From positions 7,537 through 47,804 of the forward strand of contig JAYOTF010000021.1 of NCBI GenBank assembly GCA_038150265.1: DNA of 40,268 nt. Direction: 5' to 3'. Below, in pieces: positions 25,818-35,339 of the stretch. The position numbers and the translations under genes are program-made. Numbering within the stretch: the first letter of the stretch is position 1; every line of letters begins with the position of its first letter. Below the pieces are notes generated by a model. The model was not told the origin of the DNA, ran no database searches, and worked only from the letters and a program-made list of their open reading frames with translations. The DNA is from Deltaproteobacteria bacterium. Its GTDB lineage: Bacteria > SAR324 > NAC60-12.

Positions 25818-26594
25818 TCAGAGCACGCCCGGAAAAGCGCCGCCATCGACCAGGAGATTTTGTCCGGTAATGAAGCCGGCTTGCTCGTGCGCCAGCAGGA
25901 TCACCGCATGCGCCACTTCTGCTGGAGTGCCAAAGCGCTGGGCAGGGATTTTTCGGAGGGTTTCCGCAATGAGGGTTTCGGCGGGAACACCGGCACGCGC
26001 GGCACGATGCTCGAAGTTGGAACGCAGGCGCTCGGTGTCGGTGGGACCCGGCAAGACGTTGTTGAGGGTGATGCCCTCGGCCGCAACCTCTCGGGCGAGT
26101 CCGGACACGGCAGAGGTCAGGGCAGAGCGGGCCGCATTGGAAAGCGCCAGAAACGGCAAGGGCGCCTTCACGGCACTGGAGGTGATGTTGACGATGCGCC
26201 CATACCGCTGAGGCGTCATCCGGGCCACGGCTTCTCGGATGAGGAGGAGGGTGCTGATGAGGGACTGATCCAGCGCCTGCTGCCAGTCCTCACGCTCAAA
26301 GTCCCGGAAGCCTCCCGGCCGAGGCCCTCCGGAGTTGGTGACCAGCACCTGCGGTTCCGGGCAGGCGTCAAAGAGCCGCTGCTGGCCTTCTGGAGTGGTG
26401 ACGTCGCTGACGACCGGATGCACCACGCCGCTGCCGTTAGCCAAAGCCTCGGCCGCGACTGCCTCCAGGTCTTCCAGGGTCCGGGCCGCAGCAAACACCG
26501 TGGCGCCCTGCTGCGCAAACGCCAGGGCACAGGCCCGCCCAATGCCCCGTCCGGCCCCGCAGACCAGGACCTTCTGTCCCGTAAAGGCGGCCAT
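25818..26594 (-). CDS. SDR oxidoreductase (atypical SNxxR active site)
   Basis: CGAGRGIG, NSGGP, LSNAAR, NNVLPG, ITGQNLLVDGG. Confidence 0.92.
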   Translation of the reverse strand: MAAFTGQKVLVCGAGRGIGRACALAFAQQGATVFAAARTLEDLEAVAAEALANGSGVVHPVVSDVTTPEGQQRLFDACPEPQVLVTNSGGPRPGGFRDFEREDWQQALDQSLISTLLLIREAVARMTPQRYGRIVNITSSAVKAPLPFLALSNAARSALTSAVSGLAREVAAEGITLNNVLPGPTDTERLRSNFEHRAARAGVPAETLIAETLRKIPAQRFGTPAEVAHAVILLAHEQAGFITGQNLLVDGGAFPGVL

Positions 26595-27508
26595 CAGTGA
26601 CTCGTCCGGGGCCGACGGGTTGTGCCGTCAAACCCCTGCGTCACCGCCCACTCGGCAAAGTTCTCTGGCGTCCGCTCCCACTCCCGGGGCGTCCACGCCG
26701 CAGTGCAGACGTCTTCATCGGCATAGTATTCAGCCGTTGCTCCTGCCGGACAGTGGAAGTACCAGAAGTATGCTGAGGAAATCGGATGCCGCCCGGGCCC
26801 CAGCTGCGTGGTCCACCCCTTGCGGTCGATGTTCATGCCTCCGCCAAACACCTCATGGATGTCCCGGACCGTGTAGGAAACGTGGTTCAGCCCACGCTTG
26901 CGATCCGGAGTCTGCAGCACAAACAGGTCATGGTGGCCGCCTTCCGGACGGCACCGGAGGAAGTAGCCCGCATTCGGGTAGCAGTCTGAGACCACAAAGC
27001 CGAGGTGCTCCTGATAAAACGAAACACACGCCTGCACTTCTGGAGCAAAGAAGACGACGTGCCCAATCTTGTACGGCTGGGCCGCCTCATACACCCGGGC
27101 GCGCTCATCCACCCGCAGGGTCTGGTCCACGGTGTTGCACACGCTTCCGGTGAGTGCCACCGGGCGCCGCCGGGTCTTCCGGAACGCAAGCGTCAGGCCG
27201 TTCGGGTCCACGGCTTCCACGCCATCGGGTCCGGGTTGGGCGCCCGGGAGCTTCTGCTGCAGGCGGGCCAGCTCCGACTCCTCCGAGGTTCCCCAGACGA
27301 CCTTCCGGACGGTAGAGCCCGGCTCAATCGCCTCCGGAAGCGTCGGGTCCGTGGCCAGCCGCAGCTCCACTTCACACCCGTCGAGGGTCGTCAAGCAGGC
27401 GCCTGAGGCCTCTTGTTGCTGAAGCGCCAGGCCCCAGTCGGTAAAGAAGCGGACGCAAGCGTCCAGGTCTTCCACGCCGTAAACGATTTTATCAATTCCG
27501 GTAATCAT
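26594..27508 (-). CDS. VOC-family protein, type I extradiol ring-cleavage dioxygenase-like
   Basis: Two-domain VOC; IGHVVF, HHDLF, LNHVSY, GRH, YFWYF, AEYYAD supply the His/His/Glu metal triad. Confidence 0.85.
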   Translation of the reverse strand: MITGIDKIVYGVEDLDACVRFFTDWGLALQQQEASGACLTTLDGCEVELRLATDPTLPEAIEPGSTVRKVVWGTSEESELARLQQKLPGAQPGPDGVEAVDPNGLTLAFRKTRRRPVALTGSVCNTVDQTLRVDERARVYEAAQPYKIGHVVFFAPEVQACVSFYQEHLGFVVSDCYPNAGYFLRCRPEGGHHDLFVLQTPDRKRGLNHVSYTVRDIHEVFGGGMNIDRKGWTTQLGPGRHPISSAYFWYFHCPAGATAEYYADEDVCTAAWTPREWERTPENFAEWAVTQGFDGTTRRPRTSH

Positions 27509-27526
27509 GAGTGACTTCTGCAGCAG

Positions 27527-28999
27527 TTATCCCAAAGCCCAGGGAATCGGAGTGTCGTTGAGTCCCCAGAGCAGGCTCTTCTGGTTCATGTAGGCCCGGA
27601 GGCTTGCGCGCCCCTTCTCGCGCCCGAGGCCAGACTGCTTGACACCGCCGAAGGGAACGGCGATGGAAAACTGTTTGTAGGTGTTGATCCAGACGGTCCC
27701 GCACTGAAGCTGCCGGGACACGCGCAGGAGCTTTTGGTAATCCGGACTCCAGAGGCCAGCCGCGAGTCCATAGACCGAGTCATTGGCCTGAGCAATCAGG
27801 TCGTCCTCATCGTCAAAAGGCAGGGCCATCAGCACGGGGCCAAAGACCTCTTCCTGGGCCAGGCGCGTCTGATTTCCCAGCCCCACCAGCAGGGTGGGCT
27901 CATAAAAAGTCCCCGCGGCCAACTCGGGAGCCTCCGGAGCCTTTCCTCCGCAAAGGAGGGTGCCGCCTTCCTGCAGTCCCAACTGCACGTAGGCGTCAAC
28001 GCGCTGGCGGTGTTCCGGAGTGATGAGCGGTCCCATCTGCGTGGTTTCCGCAAAGGGGTCGCCCATGCGGAGGTGCTGAATGGCCGCCTGCAGGCGCGCC
28101 ACAAAGGGCTCAAAGAGCGGGCGTTCCACAAAGAGCCGGGAGCCGGCAATGCACGATTCTCCGGAGCTGGAGTAGATGCCAAACAGCACCCCGGCAATGG
28201 CCTGATCGAGGTCGGCATCAGAGAAGACGATGGTCGGCGACTTGCCCCCAAGCTCAAGCGACAGGGGCATGAACTTCGGAGCCGCAAGCTGTGCAATGCG
28301 GGCGCCGGTGGTGGTGCCTCCGGTGAAGGCGACCTTCTTGACCAACGGGTGGGTGACCAGCGTTTCGCCGACTGGGCTTCCGCCTCCGGGCAGCACCGAG
28401 ATCACCCCAGGCGGCACCCCGGCTTCCAGGCAAAGGCGTCCCAGCTCCAGGGCCAGCAGCGGCGTGTTTTCCGAAGGCTTCAGGATCACCGCGTTTCCAG
28501 CCGCAAGCGCAGGCGCCAGCTTCTGAGCCTCACTGGCCACCGGAGAGTTCCACGGAGTGATCGCCGCCACCACGCCCAGCGGTTCATGGAGGCTCATCGC
28601 CAGATGCGGCCCACGCGCCGGGAGGATTTCATCTTCCAGCGTCTCCAGCGCAGAGCCAAAGAACTGAAAGGTCCCTGCGGCACTGGCCACCAGCGCCCGG
28701 GTTTCCATGATGGGTTTGCCGTTGTCCAGCGTCTGGAGCTGCGCCAATTCCTCGTGCCGGGCCCGGATGAGCTGGGCCACCCGAAAGAGCACCCCGGCGC
28801 GTTCGTGAGGCATCAGCCCAGCCCAGGAAGCCTGCCGCCACGCCTGGTCGGCCTCGACAATCGCCTCTTCGACTTCACGGACCGACGGTTCTTGCCACTC
28901 CGCGACCAGCGCGCCGTTGCCTGGATGAAACGACTGGCGCACCGGTCCGGAGCCCGGACGCCACGTTTTGCCAATGAGCAGATCCAGCGGTGCTTTCAT
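27527..28999 (-). CDS. NAD(P)-dependent aldehyde dehydrogenase
   Basis: ITPWN, KPSE, FTGGT, LELGGKS, SGESCIAG (catalytic Cys), EEVFGP, PFGGVKQSG. Confidence 0.96.
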   Translation of the reverse strand: MKAPLDLLIGKTWRPGSGPVRQSFHPGNGALVAEWQEPSVREVEEAIVEADQAWRQASWAGLMPHERAGVLFRVAQLIRARHEELAQLQTLDNGKPIMETRALVASAAGTFQFFGSALETLEDEILPARGPHLAMSLHEPLGVVAAITPWNSPVASEAQKLAPALAAGNAVILKPSENTPLLALELGRLCLEAGVPPGVISVLPGGGSPVGETLVTHPLVKKVAFTGGTTTGARIAQLAAPKFMPLSLELGGKSPTIVFSDADLDQAIAGVLFGIYSSSGESCIAGSRLFVERPLFEPFVARLQAAIQHLRMGDPFAETTQMGPLITPEHRQRVDAYVQLGLQEGGTLLCGGKAPEAPELAAGTFYEPTLLVGLGNQTRLAQEEVFGPVLMALPFDDEDDLIAQANDSVYGLAAGLWSPDYQKLLRVSRQLQCGTVWINTYKQFSIAVPFGGVKQSGLGREKGRASLRAYMNQKSLLWGLNDTPIPWALG

Positions 29000-29790
29000 C
29001 ACAGCACCAGGGTTCCGGAGCGGTTGACCAGGAAGCGGACCGCACACATGGCCGTGAGGGCCGAGGATTTGGGGTTGCCCGGAATGGGAAGGCCGGTGAT
29101 GCGAAATTCGAGCTCACCGAACGCGCCACGGGCAGTGACCTCATGCGTGTTTCCGGTGGCATGCGGATCGGCCACCAGTTCCACCTGCGTGGCATCCAAC
29201 CCCACTCCGGAGAGCGCGACGGTTGCCGCGACATTGGCATTTTTGGGATACCGCAGTGCCGCATCACGGGCCGAGCCAGTGAAGTGCGCGGTCGCGGCTT
29301 CCAGCGTGTCGAGGTTCAGAACCTCCTCCGCCGGGGTGCCCTTCCAGCCCCGAGACGGTTTCCGCGAGCGGTAGGTCACCTGCTCCAGCCCGCCCACCCG
29401 GGCGGAGGCCAGCGCGTCCATGGCCCCGATCGCTCCGGAGAGCGCGTGCACCTGTGCGCCTCCTGCCCGAGCCGCCTCCTGCAAACGATTCAGCGTGGAC
29501 GCATCAGCCAGCGAACCGATGGAGACCATCCCAAAATCGACTCCGGCCTCCAGAAAGGTGGGGCCAAACTCCCGGACCGCCTCATGGCTGGCCAGCTCCA
29601 GCACCACTTCCGGAGTAAAGGAGAAGTCTTCTGGCTGTGCCCCCGACTCCACGCCTTCCGGAACCGGAACCGCGTGCTGCGCCGGCTGCAGGATTCCGGA
29701 CACCCGGAGCGCGGTCTGCGTGTGCAGCGTCTCCACCACGTAGTGGGCCAGGGCGCCGTAGCCGATCAGCAAAATGCGAGGTGCGCTCAT
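28999..29790 (-). CDS. nadX: L-aspartate dehydrogenase family protein
   Basis: IGYGAL, ELASH, SIGSLAD, SGAIGAMD, SRKP, FTGSARDAALRYPKNANVAAT, NPKSSALT. Confidence 0.9.
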   Translation of the reverse strand: MSAPRILLIGYGALAHYVVETLHTQTALRVSGILQPAQHAVPVPEGVESGAQPEDFSFTPEVVLELASHEAVREFGPTFLEAGVDFGMVSIGSLADASTLNRLQEAARAGGAQVHALSGAIGAMDALASARVGGLEQVTYRSRKPSRGWKGTPAEEVLNLDTLEAATAHFTGSARDAALRYPKNANVAATVALSGVGLDATQVELVADPHATGNTHEVTARGAFGELEFRITGLPIPGNPKSSALTAMCAVRFLVNRSGTLVL

Positions 29791-31460
29791 GCAGAGGCCT
29801 TCCGGACCGGAGGCCCTGCAAACGGACGCGCAAACGGCCCAATTGTCGGCATGTTGAATTCCAGCAGCACCGGCCCCGGCAGAGACGTGCTCCACTGGAA
29901 CGCGGAGGAGGTCTGCTGCAGGTCGTCAATCCGCTGGTACGGCAGCTTCAGCGACGCACACACCTGCTCCAGCTCCGGGAGCAGCAGGTCCGTGTAGCAG
30001 TGCCGACCGCCATAAGCGGCATCCTGAATGTTCCTGATGACCTCGTAGCCCCGGCTGTTCATGACCAGCAGCACGAGGTTGGCCTGCTCCTCCACGGCGG
30101 TCGCCAGTTCAGCGAGCCCCAACTGCAGGCCTCCGTCTCCCACCAGCACCCAGGTCTTGCGGTCTGGACTCGCCAGGGCGGCACCAATGCCCATGGCCAG
30201 CCCTTGCCCAATGCCCCCGCCGGTGGCATGCACGCCCTGCCGGGGGGTGGTCAGGCGCGGGAGCCGGTTTCCCCACATGGAGTTGGAAATGGTGATGTCT
30301 CGGACCCACGGGCTGGCGGGGTCCCTCGCTTCTGTGACCTGTTGGACCAGAGACGCATACACGCCCAGGTCTTCCAGAAGGCGGGCCTCGGCCTGCTGCT
30401 TCGCGGCCTGGAGGTCATTGGCAAAACCGGGGTCCACCGACATCCGGCCGACAAGGCGCTCCGCCAGGGCCGTCAGCACCTCGGTCGCGTCTCCCTGCAC
30501 AAAAAGCTCATTCGGGTAGCAGCGGCCATCGGCGTCCGGATCCGCGTCCACTCGGTACAGCGGCTGCGGGAGTTTCAAGCGGTACTTCAGGGTTTCGTTC
30601 CCCCGGAGGCGGGAGCCGACCACCAGCACGGCATCACAGGTTTGGTAAAGGGCTTCCACAGCCGGACTGGCCGTGAAGGTGCCTAGGTTTTGCGGGTCGT
30701 TTTCATCGACAATGCCCCGCCCCTGGGTCGTGTTCACCACTCCAAACCCGAGGCCCTTCAGCTGCTCCAACGCGGCTCCGGCCTCCCGGGCGCCGCCCCC
30801 GACCCAGATGAGGGGACGCCGAGCCTGCGCCAGGGCTTCCACCAGCGCTTCCAGGCGAGCAGGGTCAGTGGGAACGGGAGTTGGCGCCAGCCGGCTCAGG
30901 TGCTCCGGAACCGGAACCTGGGCGCTCTGGACATCAATCGGAATCTCAATGCTCACGGGTCCGGAAGGCGCTGAGTCGAGCTGCTGAACGGCTTCCTGCA
31001 GCACCGGGAGCACCTGTGCCGGATCGGTCACGCGGTAGGCGGCTTTGGACACCGACCGCAGCAGGCCCAGCTGATCCTTGGCTTCATGGATGTAGCCCAT
31101 GTTGCGGTCGAGGTAGTCCACTTCAATCTGACCCGTGAGGTGCAGGACACGCGCACCTGCGGTTTGGGCTTCCACCAGGGCGCCCGCGGCATTGCCACAG
31201 GCGGTTCCGGTTGAAGTCACCACCACGCCCAGGCCTCCGGAAACGCGAGCCGACGCATCGGCCATGTTGGCCGCACCGGCTTCGCCACGAGCCGTCACAA
31301 ACCGGAGCTGTCCGCGGCGCTTGACCGCATCGAGAATCGGCATGTTGTGGATGGAGATCACGCCATAAAGCGTGGACACTCCGCACGCCTCCAGGAACGC
31401 AACAATCAGGTCTCCAACCGTAAAGGAGTCAGAGGGCAAGGAGACGGATGGATCAGGCAT
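29787..31460 (-). CDS. Thiamine diphosphate-dependent enzyme (acetolactate synthase/decarboxylase-like)
   Basis: GVISIHN, RGEAGA (catalytic Glu), GGIGQG, GDGG...N ThDP motif. Confidence 0.93.
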   Translation of the reverse strand: MPDPSVSLPSDSFTVGDLIVAFLEACGVSTLYGVISIHNMPILDAVKRRGQLRFVTARGEAGAANMADASARVSGGLGVVVTSTGTACGNAAGALVEAQTAGARVLHLTGQIEVDYLDRNMGYIHEAKDQLGLLRSVSKAAYRVTDPAQVLPVLQEAVQQLDSAPSGPVSIEIPIDVQSAQVPVPEHLSRLAPTPVPTDPARLEALVEALAQARRPLIWVGGGAREAGAALEQLKGLGFGVVNTTQGRGIVDENDPQNLGTFTASPAVEALYQTCDAVLVVGSRLRGNETLKYRLKLPQPLYRVDADPDADGRCYPNELFVQGDATEVLTALAERLVGRMSVDPGFANDLQAAKQQAEARLLEDLGVYASLVQQVTEARDPASPWVRDITISNSMWGNRLPRLTTPRQGVHATGGGIGQGLAMGIGAALASPDRKTWVLVGDGGLQLGLAELATAVEEQANLVLLVMNSRGYEVIRNIQDAAYGGRHCYTDLLLPELEQVCASLKLPYQRIDDLQQTSSAFQWSTSLPGPVLLEFNMPTIGPFARPFAGPPVRKASA

Positions 31461-31495
31461 GAGGGGCTTTCAGGCAGTTGGGAAAACAGAAGGCA

Positions 31496-32362
31496 TCACT
31501 CGGAATCGTCTGAGCGTTTCTTGGTACCTCCGGACTGGGGACGCCCACGTTTCTTGACGAAGCGCTGGTTTCCGGCGTCACGAGGCAGCCACCGCTCAAT
31601 CTCCTGAACGGCCTCCAGCACCCGGTCCTTCACTGGACCATTGAGGCGGTCCTGCTCAATGTAGGCATCGACATCGGTGACATTGATCGCGGCCACCACC
31701 TGCCCGGAGGCATTGCGGATCGGGGCCGCCACGGCATGCACCCCATGCTCAAAGAACGACTCGCTGATGGCGTAGCCCCGCTTGCGGTCTTCGTCCAGCA
31801 GCTTCATGAAGTCCTTCACCGTCTGGGGCGTCGCTGGCGTAAAGGTGGGAAGCGGCTCTTCCGGAAACAGCTTGCGGAGCTCCTCTTCCGTCAGATCAAG
31901 GGCGAGCATGCGTCCCATGACCGTGGCATGGAGGGGGAACTGGGTGCCCACCTGAACGCTGCTCTGAATGGTCGTCGAGGCGGGGAAGCGGCTCACGTAC
32001 ACAATGCGGCTGCCATCCCGGACGGCCATGTGCGAGGACATCGCCGTGTCGTCCCGGAGCTTCCTCAGAATGGGGTGTGACAGGTCAATGACATCCAGGG
32101 TCGCCAGGTACTCGAACCCGCGGTTCAGCAAAGCGGGTCCGAGCTGATAGTGCCGCCCGTCTTCGGTGTGCTGCAGGTAGCGCATCTCTTCAAGGGTGCC
32201 CAGCAGCCGATAGGTGGTGGCCCGGGGCAGCCCGAGCGTTTGCGACACCTCGGAAGCCGTAAACTTCGGGGTGTTCTTGCTGAACAGGTCCAAAATGGAA
32301 AGGCCCTGCACCAAAGCCGGGACCAGGTAACGTTGTTTCTTTCGGGGGGATGGCTCGCTCAT
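31496..32362 (-). CDS. IclR-family transcriptional regulator
   Basis: YLVPALVQGLSIL, HTH LGLPRATTYRLL, VGTQFPLHATVMGR, VAAPIRN. Confidence 0.95.
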   Translation of the reverse strand: MSEPSPRKKQRYLVPALVQGLSILDLFSKNTPKFTASEVSQTLGLPRATTYRLLGTLEEMRYLQHTEDGRHYQLGPALLNRGFEYLATLDVIDLSHPILRKLRDDTAMSSHMAVRDGSRIVYVSRFPASTTIQSSVQVGTQFPLHATVMGRMLALDLTEEELRKLFPEEPLPTFTPATPQTVKDFMKLLDEDRKRGYAISESFFEHGVHAVAAPIRNASGQVVAAINVTDVDAYIEQDRLNGPVKDRVLEAVQEIERWLPRDAGNQRFVKKRGRPQSGGTKKRSDDSE

Positions 32363-33138
32363 TCCTCAGTTCTCCAAAAAGCGATCAGTTGATGTTCCAC
32401 GACGGGAGTGGCTTCCAGGTAAATGACATGGCCGGCTTGGGGGATCACCGTGAGCGGCACACCGGGACGAAAGGACGCCAGCGTTTGAACCGAAGGGGGC
32501 GGGGTGACCCGGTCTTCGGCGCCCACCAGAAACTGCACCGGGAGCGTTTCCGGAAGCTGCTGCAGGTCGGCCATCAGGTGTCCGTGAGACAGCAGGTGAC
32601 TGGCCTGCGTGTAGCCACGCGGGTGAACCTGCGCCATGATCCGGACCACTTCCTGTCCCCATTCCGGACGAGCCGACGGCCCCAGCAGGTTGGGTCCCCG
32701 CTTGGTGGCCAGCCCCTCCGGACCCAGCGCTTCCAGGTCCTGAAGCCGCCGCTGCAACTTCTGCAGACGAACCGGCTCCGGATCCTCGGCATGTCCCGAC
32801 GCCGGGCTCATCAGGGTCACGGTACGGAGCTCCTCCGGGTGCTCCACGGCCAGGCGTCCGGCCATCAGGGCCCCCAGGGAGTGCCCCACCAGGTGCACCG
32901 GTCGCTCCAGCGTCTGGAGCCACTGATGCAGCACGGTGGCATAGGCGCTGGCATCGGGCACGTCTTCCACCAGCTCCGGTGAGGCCCCGTAACCGGGAGC
33001 ATTCCATGCCAGAACGTGGAAGCGGTCGGCCAGGCGTTCCATGAGCGGACGCCACGACTCGGCACCGGAGCCGATGCCATGCAGCAGCACCACGGTTTCT
33101 CCGGAACCGGCCTCGAGGAACTCGGGAAGCGCCCCCAT
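32359..33138 (-). CDS. Alpha/beta hydrolase
   Basis: LLHGIG, PGYGAS, GHSLG nucleophile elbow, EDRVT, AGH. Confidence 0.93.
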   Translation of the reverse strand: MGALPEFLEAGSGETVVLLHGIGSGAESWRPLMERLADRFHVLAWNAPGYGASPELVEDVPDASAYATVLHQWLQTLERPVHLVGHSLGALMAGRLAVEHPEELRTVTLMSPASGHAEDPEPVRLQKLQRRLQDLEALGPEGLATKRGPNLLGPSARPEWGQEVVRIMAQVHPRGYTQASHLLSHGHLMADLQQLPETLPVQFLVGAEDRVTPPPSVQTLASFRPGVPLTVIPQAGHVIYLEATPVVEHQLIAFWRTEE

Positions 33139-33902
33139 CAGTTCAGCACAAAGCCACCGTTGACGGGAAGCAGCTGCCCGGTCACAAAGCCCGCCTCATC
33201 AGCCAGCAAGAAGAGCGTGGCCCCCACGACATCTTCCGGAAGTTGCTGTCGCGAAAGCGCCCGGTTGTTGACGTACAGCTCATGCCGCTCCTGAGGAACA
33301 TACTCCGTTGCTTCGCAGATGACCAGTCCGGGAGCAATCGCATTGACGGTAATCGCATCCGGACCCAGCTCCCGGGCCAGCGATCGGGTCATGGCGATCA
33401 CAGCCCCCTTGCTGGCCGTGTAGAGCAGCAGCCGTGGAGCCCCCCAGAGCGCGGTATCGGACGCCAGGTTGACGATGCGGCCTCCGCGTTCCGAGCGACG
33501 CAACAGGGGCGCCATCGCCTTGACCATCAGCCAGGTGCCTCGGACGTTGACTTGCTGGACGCGGTCCCAGGTTTCGAGGTCAATTTCCTCAAACGTCTTT
33601 CCGCCGATGCCGGTGGCAATGGCCGCGTTGTTGAGGAGCCCGTCCAGGCGCCCAAACTGCTGCTCCACCGTTGCAGCGAGTTGGGTAATCGATTCCGGAT
33701 CTGCCAGATCGACCGGAAAGAAGTGGGCGTTGGCGCCGGTGGCCTTCAGCGCCGAGACCGTCTCTTGCCCCCACGCCTCGTTGACATCGGCCACGAGGAT
33801 CGCTTCCGCGTGTGCCGCAGCCATGCCTTCAGCAAAGGCCCGCCCCAGTCCTCGGCCTGCGCCGGTGACCAGCAGGATCCGCCCTTCAAGGCCCAGGCTC
33901 AC
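33138..33902 (-). CDS. SDR oxidoreductase
   Basis: TGAGRGLG, NNAA, YTASK, VNAIAPG, VTGQLLPVNGG. Confidence 0.95.
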   Translation of the reverse strand: MSLGLEGRILLVTGAGRGLGRAFAEGMAAAHAEAILVADVNEAWGQETVSALKATGANAHFFPVDLADPESITQLAATVEQQFGRLDGLLNNAAIATGIGGKTFEEIDLETWDRVQQVNVRGTWLMVKAMAPLLRRSERGGRIVNLASDTALWGAPRLLLYTASKGAVIAMTRSLARELGPDAITVNAIAPGLVICEATEYVPQERHELYVNNRALSRQQLPEDVVGATLFLLADEAGFVTGQLLPVNGGFVLN

Positions 33903-34498
33903 GAGGCCGCCTGCAGTGCCGCCTGTGCGGCAATTTCATGCCGACGCTTCCGGAGCTCATTCAGCGGGTGCCCCTCGGGGTAGTCGGGAACCACGGGTTT
34001 GGCCACGCCCAGCATCACGCACATCAGGGCCTCCTCCTGCCCTTCGTTCACGAGCCCCCGGTACACGCCCGGTGGCACGGAGATGACATCCCGGGAGGTC
34101 AGGGTCGTCTCGGCCTGTTCGCCCTCAAGTTCAAACATGAGCTTGAGCCGCTCGGCCTTGAGGACAAAGAACACCTCCTCGGCATCGTAGTGCACATGCA
34201 GCGGGCCCTCGCACCCGGCCGGAAGGATCATGGTCGAGAAGGTGAAGTGCTCCGATGGAATGGTATTCGTGTCAGACGCGACGCCGGTGGCCCCGGTTCC
34301 GATGTAGCGGCACTGCGCACGCCGGTACTTGGGGTCGAAGTCTGCCTGAAACTTCAGGGCATTCCAGTCGTACTTGCGGGCGCTGAAGCGGGCAATCCGG
34401 GTTTCCACCCACTCTCCCAACGGCACCTCGGCAGGCTTTTCCCAGGTGGGAAAGTAGTCGTTGGTGTACTCCGCAATCTTGGCTTTCAGTTCACTCAT
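33899..34498 (-). CDS. Cupin-domain protein
   Basis: GPLHVHYDAEEVFFV and ISVPPGVYRG cupin motifs. Confidence 0.88.
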   Translation of the reverse strand: MSELKAKIAEYTNDYFPTWEKPAEVPLGEWVETRIARFSARKYDWNALKFQADFDPKYRRAQCRYIGTGATGVASDTNTIPSEHFTFSTMILPAGCEGPLHVHYDAEEVFFVLKAERLKLMFELEGEQAETTLTSRDVISVPPGVYRGLVNEGQEEALMCVMLGVAKPVVPDYPEGHPLNELRKRRHEIAAQAALQAAS

Positions 34499-34536
34499 GT
34501 TGGTGTTTTCTTTCTCATGGTTCCAACAAACCGGGA

Positions 34537-35325
34537 TCAGGAATAGTCCCGTTTGCGCGACAGTTGGTAGTGCAGCACCCGGCGTTCCAGCAGCACGATC
34601 AGGCCATACAGGACAATGCCAATGAGGGTCAGCAGCAGGATCACCACAAACACCATGGCCGTGTTCCCAGACCCTTCTCCAAAGGTCAGCAGGTAGCCCA
34701 ACCCGGTGTTGCCGCCGACGAGCTCTCCCACCAGCACCCCAATCACCGCCAGCGTTGCGCCAATGCGCAGCCCGGCAAACAGCGGAGGCAGGGCTGCCGG
34801 AAACTCGATCTTCCAGAAGATCTGCAGCCGGGACGCCGTGAAGGATCGGGCCAGCCGAACGATGTCCGGATCCACCGCCCGGACGGCGCCCAGGACATTG
34901 ACCATGATGGGAAAGAAGACGATCAGGACCGCGACCAGGATCTTCGGATAAACCGTGTAGCCGAACCAGATGATGAACAGCGGAGCAAAGGCCACCTTGG
35001 GGGCAATCTGCAGCGCCAGGATGTAAGGGGAGAGCATGAACTCCGCTGAGGGAGACATGCCCAGAATGAAGCCAAACACCACTCCCAGCAAGGCCCCGAG
35101 GACAAAGCCCACCAGGACCTGCAGGGCCGTGATGCCCGTGTGAAAGAGCAAGGCCTCGTTGTCCAGCATGTAAAAGAACTCCTCCCAGACCTGGGACACG
35201 GGCGGGATGATGAACGCCGGGATGTCAAAGGCCTGGGGCACCCACTCCCACGCCGCCAGGAAGGCGACGAGGAGCAGCGCGCTGCCCAGCATCATGCGTT
35301 GCGTTGAGGGAGGAGCCTTCTCCAT
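34537..35325 (-). CDS. ABC importer permease (SsuC/TauC-like)
   Basis: PKVAFAPLFIIWFG, EAA-loop region LARSFTASRLQIFWKIEFP, GELVGGNTGLG. Confidence 0.93.
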   Translation of the reverse strand: MEKAPPSTQRMMLGSALLLVAFLAAWEWVPQAFDIPAFIIPPVSQVWEEFFYMLDNEALLFHTGITALQVLVGFVLGALLGVVFGFILGMSPSAEFMLSPYILALQIAPKVAFAPLFIIWFGYTVYPKILVAVLIVFFPIMVNVLGAVRAVDPDIVRLARSFTASRLQIFWKIEFPAALPPLFAGLRIGATLAVIGVLVGELVGGNTGLGYLLTFGEGSGNTAMVFVVILLLTLIGIVLYGLIVLLERRVLHYQLSRKRDYS

Positions 35326-35339
35326 GGCAGACAATCAGG

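Noticed and set aside
27734..29374. 546-aa plus-strand ORF
   Set aside because: Antisense to ALDH and nadX, which have clear family motifs.
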